39,403 nucleotides of DNA from a virus (Duplodnaviria > Caudoviricetes): IMG/VR virus record IMGVR_UViG_3300020149_000002, positions 1 through 39,403 of that record. One strand, 5' to 3'. Below, piece after piece: positions 34,836-39,403 of the stretch. A program made the translations under genes and the position numbers. The first letter of the stretch is position 1; each line of letters begins with the position of its first letter. A model generated the notes under the pieces. It did no database searches, had not been told where the DNA came from, and saw nothing but the letters and a program-made list of their open reading frames with translations.

Positions 34836-34880
34836 GACGATACGCCTCCCCTTGTTTTTGGGCTTGCCTACCTTATTTGC

Positions 34881-34957
34881 GGATATCCGCGACCCGCGCC
34901 GGTTGGCGCTAGGTTTCGGCCGGTGTCCCTCCGGCCATCATCAGGCGGTTATTTTCC
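34881..34957 (-). ncRNA. Type I hammerhead ribozyme
   Basis: Stem I CCGC (34948-45)/GCGG (34890-87); core CUGAUGA (34944-38) plus an extra U; stem II GGCCGG-AGGGACA-CCGGCC; GAAA (34917-14); stem III ACCU-A-GCGCC-AACC-GGCGC-GGGU; GUC cleavage triplet, cut between 34891 and 34890. Confidence 0.85.
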
Positions 34958-35140
34958 TGTGGTTCGCTTTTCTCCTTGCCTTGCAGACGGTGGCTGCCAG
35001 TACAGAGTCTTGTAAATTTCGGTCATCGCCCACGTCAATGCCGGCAATTCGTCATTCGCACAATGTTTCGATCGCCCCGCCAGCAGTTCCATTTGTTCGC
35101 GGAGCAATTGGCGTTCATTTGGCTTGATATCCATATTCAT
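34949..35140 (-). CDS. Small hypothetical protein
   Basis: L.EQ.ELLA..SK....ELP.L..AM motif; GAGGGG SD. Confidence 0.65.
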   Translation of the reverse strand: MNMDIKPNERQLLREQMELLAGRSKHCANDELPALTWAMTEIYKTLYWQPPSARQGEKRTTGK

Positions 35141-35211
35141 TTCGTATCCCCTCTCGCGCTCCAATGGCGCTGGTTTCGTTACTTGCAGGTTTTGCTATCA
35201 GGACTGTCGAA

Positions 35212-35518
35212 TCGTATCAAGGCAGAGCCCTCCGGGAAGAAGGGAGTGATGTGCCTTCTTTTATTTTTTTTTACTACTACGACGATAAATTTTCCGACCG
35301 CTTGAAGTCGGCGATGAACGATCGCGGCATAGGGCCCCAAACCCTTTCCGCGATGCTGGGCGTCTCGCCAGTGACCGTAAATCGTTGGCTGGACGGTAAA
35401 TTCGATCCAAGACTCAAAAATCTGCGAAACATCAGCAACGTACTGGATGTTTCGAATGATTACCTGTTAGGCAAAGCTTGATCTAAAAACCATCCCGGAG
35501 GGCTCTGCCTTGATACGA
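35212..35518. repeat. Perfect 26-bp inverted repeats flanking a 255-bp gene cassette
   Basis: TCGTATCAAGGCAGAGCCCTCCGGGA at 35212-35237 and its exact reverse complement at 35493-35518. Confidence 0.95.
35251..35481 (+). CDS. XRE-family HTH regulator inside the inverted repeats (76 aa)
   Basis: FSDRLK.AM..RGI....L...LGVS..TV.RW..GK..P....L..I..VL.VS.DYLLG; GTG start after GAGGGAG. Confidence 0.85.
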   Translation: MPSFIFFYYYDDKFSDRLKSAMNDRGIGPQTLSAMLGVSPVTVNRWLDGKFDPRLKNLRNISNVLDVSNDYLLGKA

Positions 35519-35534
35519 CTCTCCTCAATCCACC

Positions 35535-35684
35535 TTACGCAAGCCGAAGCAGCGGCTTGCCCTCCAACCGGCGCATGCACTGCTCGTATTTTTTGCGGGC
35601 ATACCGCATGACGGCCGGCTCATGAGCAACCTCCTCAATTTGTATCCACATGGCTGCTTGGTTCCGTAACTTGTCCTTTGTCAT
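35535..35684 (-). CDS. Small hypothetical protein, 49 aa (not in ORF track)
   Basis: MTKDKLRNQAAMWIQIEEVAHEPAVMRYARKKYEQCMRRLEGKPLLRLA*; AAGGAGG SD; overlaps the upstream stop. Confidence 0.65.
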   Translation of the reverse strand: MTKDKLRNQAAMWIQIEEVAHEPAVMRYARKKYEQCMRRLEGKPLLRLA

Positions 35685-35986
35685 ATCGCATACCTCCTTC
35701 GATTAAGTTGATTCTCCAGCTGGCTGATCTCCAAGAGCAGCCAGCTGCTCGCGCATGCTCGCATGTCACCGTCCGTCCAGACGGTGCGCGTCAGGTAATC
35801 CTGCAAAACAGCGATACGATCGGATACGTCGGCAGCTGGTGGGCCGTACAGCGCATCGTGCTTGCTCAGGTACGTGGCGTAGTCACGCCGCATGTCCTCT
35901 GCGGCGATCAGGCTGCACAGGTCGACGGCCTGCGGACGCTCGTCCGCATCGCAAAGTAATCTAACAGGCATTAAGGTATCCCTCAT
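35681..35986 (-). CDS. Hypothetical protein
   Basis: Translationally coupled ORF in the early operon. Confidence 0.6.
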   Translation of the reverse strand: MRDTLMPVRLLCDADERPQAVDLCSLIAAEDMRRDYATYLSKHDALYGPPAADVSDRIAVLQDYLTRTVWTDGDMRACASSWLLLEISQLENQLNRRRYAI

Positions 35987-36219
35987 GGCTCGCCCCGTTC
36001 CTCGGCGCGTTTGCGGCGTTGTTCAAGCTCGATGTCGACCCATGCGACGCGCTCCGGGCCTTGCGGACATACACTCAGCACCTTATGGTCGGTGCCAAAC
36101 ATGTAACAGGCTTTTTGGTATGCGGCGTCATACGCCATTTCCGACCTAAAGTAGCCGTGACAGGCGATGCCGTCCGCGAGCCGCACGAGACGGGCGATAA
36201 ATAGTATGTTGGCCGGCAT
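35983..36219 (-). CDS. Hypothetical protein
   Basis: AAGGAGG SD; coupled ORF. Confidence 0.65.
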   Translation of the reverse strand: MPANILFIARLVRLADGIACHGYFRSEMAYDAAYQKACYMFGTDHKVLSVCPQGPERVAWVDIELEQRRKRAEERGEP

Positions 36220-36222
36220 GGG

Positions 36223-36555
36223 TCACGCCTCCTTGATCGATATGCCGATAGGAGCGAAGTCTGGCAGGAATATCGTTGAGAACCGAGTTTTTGAATATTT
36301 TTTTTCTGAACGATCAAAGGTGAAAAGAAGGATTTCCTTGTGATAGGTCACGCCGGCGCCTTCTGCGTAATGACCCCGTGCTGCATAGATTGTGACGAAC
36401 TTTTTGGATTCTTCAACCTTGAAAAACGTCGGTTCCCAGCCGCTGCCGTTGGGGTACAATTCTTCTTTGACGAAACCCGCAAAGGCCCCATTGGTTACAC
36501 TGGTGATATGGTCGATATCAACGACTACGTTGGTCTTGCCTTTGGTCGCGGACAT
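36223..36555 (-). CDS. Hypothetical protein
   Basis: AAAGGAG SD before MSATKG. Confidence 0.65.
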   Translation of the reverse strand: MSATKGKTNVVVDIDHITSVTNGAFAGFVKEELYPNGSGWEPTFFKVEESKKFVTIYAARGHYAEGAGVTYHKEILLFTFDRSEKKYSKTRFSTIFLPDFAPIGISIKEA

Positions 36556-36643
36556 GTAATCAACTCCTTTGTTCAAATTTACAAGCGCTTGGTGATTTAA
36601 ACTTGTCCGATTAAATAACGTGCAGCCATAAAAGCTGCACATT

Positions 36644-36835
36644 CTAGGAAGATTTTATTAACTCATGCGTCTGTCCCGTTGTCATTTCAGCCAATGCCAA
36701 TTTGCACCGATCCTGAAAATCGGAAAATTCACGATCCTTTGGATTGATCAGCACTCGCGCGTCATCAACCATTGCATAAATACCAACGATCTTTAGTTGA
36801 GGGCGTTCTTGCCGTTTTTTTCTGCGCATGCACAT
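36644..36835 (-). CDS. Small hypothetical protein
   Basis: GAGGAGG SD; follows cro. Confidence 0.6.
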   Translation of the reverse strand: MCMRRKKRQERPQLKIVGIYAMVDDARVLINPKDREFSDFQDRCKLALAEMTTGQTHELIKSS

Positions 36836-36860
36836 CGCCTCCTCAGTTGAGTCTATGCGC

Positions 36861-37130
36861 CTACGGTTGTCCTACTTCACTGTTATTCAGGTGATTCAAC
36901 GCATCGATACCGAGTTTAAAACTAGGATTTTCTTCAAAAAAAATAATTTCATTTGCTTCACACCCGAGCGCTGCAGCTAGTCGTGGTATCTCACAAACTC
37001 TAATTTCTTGCGGGTGATCTTCCCACTTTGCGTAGGTGCTCGAGTGTATACCTAGCGCCTTGGCCAACTCTTTCTTACTTTTCTTTAGGTAGGCTCTCCA
37101 CTCTCTTAAAGTGCGTCCGTATGATGTCAT
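36861..37130 (-). CDS. Cro-like XRE HTH protein
   Basis: TLREWR.....S..ELA..LGI..STY..WE..P; divergent from the repressor. Confidence 0.85.
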   Translation of the reverse strand: MTSYGRTLREWRAYLKKSKKELAKALGIHSSTYAKWEDHPQEIRVCEIPRLAAALGCEANEIIFFEENPSFKLGIDALNHLNNSEVGQP

Positions 37131-37230
37131 GGCGCATCCTCCTTTCGATGTCCTAAGTATAAGCTAGTTTTAAACTCGGCGTCAAGTTAGTTTTTGACTA
37201 TTCCTCGCTAAAAATCAAAGTATAAACTAG
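36911..37230. promoter_or_regulatory. Immunity region: 15-bp palindromic operators (CTAGTTT-N-AAACTAG-like) and lytic promoter
   Basis: CGAGTTTAAAACTAG (36911-25) with an exact inverse at 37164-78; variants at 37153-67, 37187-201, 37216-30; minus-strand promoter TTGACG (37185-80)-18 bp-TATACT (37161-56). Confidence 0.75.
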
Positions 37231-37238
37231 CTCAAATG

Positions 37239-37267
37239 TGGACAATATAGATTTTTGATGGTAAAGT
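37239..37267 (+). promoter_or_regulatory. Candidate repressor promoter
   Basis: TGGACA-17 bp-TAAAGT with TG extension. Confidence 0.5.
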
Positions 37268-37304
37268 TAGATTGTCATTAAGTATTAACCTAAAGGAGCA
37301 AATA

Positions 37305-37913
37305 ATGGTTAGCGTAAACTTTGCCGAAAACCTAAAAAAAATTCGCGAAAAAAAGGGGATTTCAAAAGCGGAATTAGCCAGAAGAGTAGGCGTTTCTGAT
37401 GTGACGGCCGGACAGTGGGAGTCCGGGAAGATTAGCCCGCGCATGGGTAAGGTAGAAATGATAGCAGACGCATTAGGTGTCGAAACTGACGATTTGATTT
37501 TTGATATTGGTAGCGCGAAAGCGTCGGAATCCAATTTGTCGTTCTCCCTAAAAAAGTATAACGAAGAACAACCCATTGAAACCCCTGGTTGCATTGCTAA
37601 AAAACATCCAAATGCTTTTTTTCTCGAAGTGGCGAATGATAGTATTAACAAAATAATTCCTGCAGGTGCTTACGTGTTGATAGATCCGACTATGACTGCA
37701 TCCAATAGCGATTTGGTGGCAGCCCACATTGAAGGTATTGGCATTACTTTGATGAGATATTATAGACTCCAAAACACTTTAGTATTAGAGCCAGATAGTT
37801 ATAATCATCAAAATTCGGCTCTTACTTTTGATTGGAATAATGAGATTAGCACGAAAGTAAATATATTAGGTAAGGTAGTGTGGTACATGTCGCCATTCAA
37901 CACAAAATACTAG
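37305..37913 (+). CDS. CI-like repressor (XRE HTH plus degenerate S24 domain)
   Basis: N-terminal HTH; AFFL.V.NDSI...G..VLIDP...ILGKVV S24 fold; ATG at 37305 after AAGGAG. Confidence 0.9.
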   Translation: MVSVNFAENLKKIREKKGISKAELARRVGVSDVTAGQWESGKISPRMGKVEMIADALGVETDDLIFDIGSAKASESNLSFSLKKYNEEQPIETPGCIAKKHPNAFFLEVANDSINKIIPAGAYVLIDPTMTASNSDLVAAHIEGIGITLMRYYRLQNTLVLEPDSYNHQNSALTFDWNNEISTKVNILGKVVWYMSPFNTKY

Positions 37914-37930
37914 GCAAGGAGGAATATAAT

Positions 37931-39376
37931 ATGCAGATACTTGGTTATATACGAGTGTCGACTGAGGAACAAGCAAATGACGGAAACTCGCTCTTTGAAC
38001 AAAGGGAAAGACTGCAGGCTTACTGCAAAGCGATGTTATGGCCCGAGCCTATATTTTTTATTGACGACGGCTATAGCGCCAAAGATACAAATCGCCCTGA
38101 CCTCCAGAAACTCCTCAAAATAGTAGGTGAAAATAAAACAGAATTAAAGATTATGGTTACCAAGCTCGATCGTATTAGTCGCAAACTTTTAGACCTGCTA
38201 ACAATGATCGAACTTTTTCAAAATCATGGAGCTTCTTTCGTGTCCGTATCTGAACAATTCGACTCAAATACGCCTGCGGGGAGACTTACATTGCAAGTTC
38301 TCGGCGCCGTCGCTGAATTCGAACGAGAACGGACAAGAGAACGCGTAATAGATAACATGGATTCTATCGCCAAAAACACAAACAAAGCGCTAACTCGTCC
38401 CTGCTTTGGATACGATATAGTCGACGGAGAATATCAAATTAATAATTCAGAGCAAAAATTCGGAGACATGATGCTTGATCTGGCGGAATCAGGAGACGGT
38501 TATCGTATGATAGCAAAAAAACTCAATGACGCTGGATCGAGAACCAAAAAAGGGAAGCCGTGGGATCAAAAAAATGTAAAGCGTTGGCTGACAGGAATCG
38601 AAACGATAGCCGGTATAAAGATAAGAAACAAGCGAGATACGCAAAACGGAAAAGTTGTGTTTCGTGATGAAAAGGACTGGATTGTTGTTGAAAACAACCA
38701 CCCGGCTCTCGTATCGCTTGAAAGACTTCTGAAAATCAGAGATGTCCTAAAATCGCGTTCTCGCGCTCACAAACATGCAGAGAATGAGTCCTATCTCTTA
38801 ACAGGTTTAGTCAAGTGCAAATTTTGCGGCGGGAATATGAAAGGAGCAACTAGTAGAAATAAAAATAATGGCAAAGAATACATGTACCATAGATACATAT
38901 GTTCAGCGTATGTTAGCGGATATGGTTGCCGATATCATGCAGTTCACAGGGATGATTTAGAATTAAAAATCATCGACTTGGTAAAAGAAATTGCAGAAGG
39001 GTCTAACGCCGATCTAGTAATTAAAGCTACTGTGAACCAATCTGTGGATGAAAGAATTAAAGAAATTAATACTCAATTAGCGAAAATAAGCAAACGTATA
39101 GTAAAACAAATTCAGGCTCATGCAGACGACTTAATAAGCGGAGCTGACTTGAAAATGGCATCTAATATAGCTGAATCAGAACGGGTAAAACTCAATGAAG
39201 AACTTAAAAAGTTAACAAAACACGAAGAGGCCCCACACAAGGTGAGGCAAACTGCCACAACTATATTAGGTGATATTTCTGGTGTCGACAGAATAAAAGC
39301 TAAAAATGCTCTACGATTATTGTTTGAGCGAATAGAAATTGAAAACGAATCAATAAGCGTAGTTGTTAAAGGATAG
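37931..39376 (+). CDS. Large serine recombinase (integrase)
   Basis: YIRVSTEEQ catalytic Ser, DDGYSA..RP.L, KLDRISR, recombinase domain, Zn ribbon C..CG...Y.C, coiled coil; AAGGAGG SD before ATG 37931. Confidence 0.97.
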   Translation: MQILGYIRVSTEEQANDGNSLFEQRERLQAYCKAMLWPEPIFFIDDGYSAKDTNRPDLQKLLKIVGENKTELKIMVTKLDRISRKLLDLLTMIELFQNHGASFVSVSEQFDSNTPAGRLTLQVLGAVAEFERERTRERVIDNMDSIAKNTNKALTRPCFGYDIVDGEYQINNSEQKFGDMMLDLAESGDGYRMIAKKLNDAGSRTKKGKPWDQKNVKRWLTGIETIAGIKIRNKRDTQNGKVVFRDEKDWIVVENNHPALVSLERLLKIRDVLKSRSRAHKHAENESYLLTGLVKCKFCGGNMKGATSRNKNNGKEYMYHRYICSAYVSGYGCRYHAVHRDDLELKIIDLVKEIAEGSNADLVIKATVNQSVDERIKEINTQLAKISKRIVKQIQAHADDLISGADLKMASNIAESERVKLNEELKKLTKHEEAPHKVRQTATTILGDISGVDRIKAKNALRLLFERIEIENESISVVVKG

Positions 39377-39395
39377 TTTAGCGCCTTAGTACATT

Positions 39396-39403
39396 ATCGG
39401 ATC
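39396..39403. repeat. att core, right copy (ATCGGATC)
   Basis: Identical to 1-8; about 20 bp after the integrase stop. Confidence 0.7.

Larger units (their letters stand above)
1..39403. mobile_element. Complete temperate prophage (HK97-type head, contractile tail), integrated by a large serine recombinase
   Basis: Full ordered module set (integration, immunity, replication, packaging, head, tail, lysis); terminal 8-bp direct repeat; integrase at the right edge. Confidence 0.95.

Noticed and set aside
35164-35250. 105-aa version of the XRE gene starting at 35164
   Set aside because: No SD at 35164 and the extension crosses the inverted-repeat arm; GTG 35251 has a good SD
35212-35518. Inverted-repeat cassette as an IS or MITE
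   Set aside because: No transposase and no evident target-site duplication flanking the arms
1-39403. CRISPR array, tRNA, diversity-generating retroelement or arbitrium (AimR/AimP) system
   Set aside because: By eye, no regularly spaced repeat-spacer array, cloverleaf, reverse transcriptase or TPR/RRNPP receptor was found

Overview
The window looks like one complete ~39.4 kb temperate prophage of a Bacillales host, probably Paenibacillaceae (inferred from protein families and SD style; no search was run). It is bounded by an 8-bp direct repeat, ATCGGATC (1-8 and 39396-39403). Reading right to left: a large serine integrase and CI-like repressor (+), a divergent Cro and early operon with a replication module (initiator with internal iterons, helicase loader, DnaB), PcfK/PcfJ/DUF3102 genes, an Xpf-like late sigma factor, a small tyrosine recombinase, HNH/terminase/portal/ClpP/HK97 capsid, a contractile tail and baseplate, tail fibre, holin and amidase, then an AT-rich accessory end. 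The most notable items: (1) a four-gene kinase-less agr-like peptide-signalling operon (multi-pass membrane protein, AgrB, an unannotated 49-aa AgrD-like propeptide, stand-alone LytTR) with a candidate divergent sRNA; (2) a CI repressor lacking its catalytic Lys and Ala-Gly site; (3) an antisense HTH gene inside a perfect 26-bp inverted repeat (candidate invertible switch); (4) a type I hammerhead ribozyme in the early operon; (5) an acr-aca-like moron beside the packaging genes; (6) tandem Spo0A boxes upstream of the late operon. All family assignments come from motif recognition by eye.
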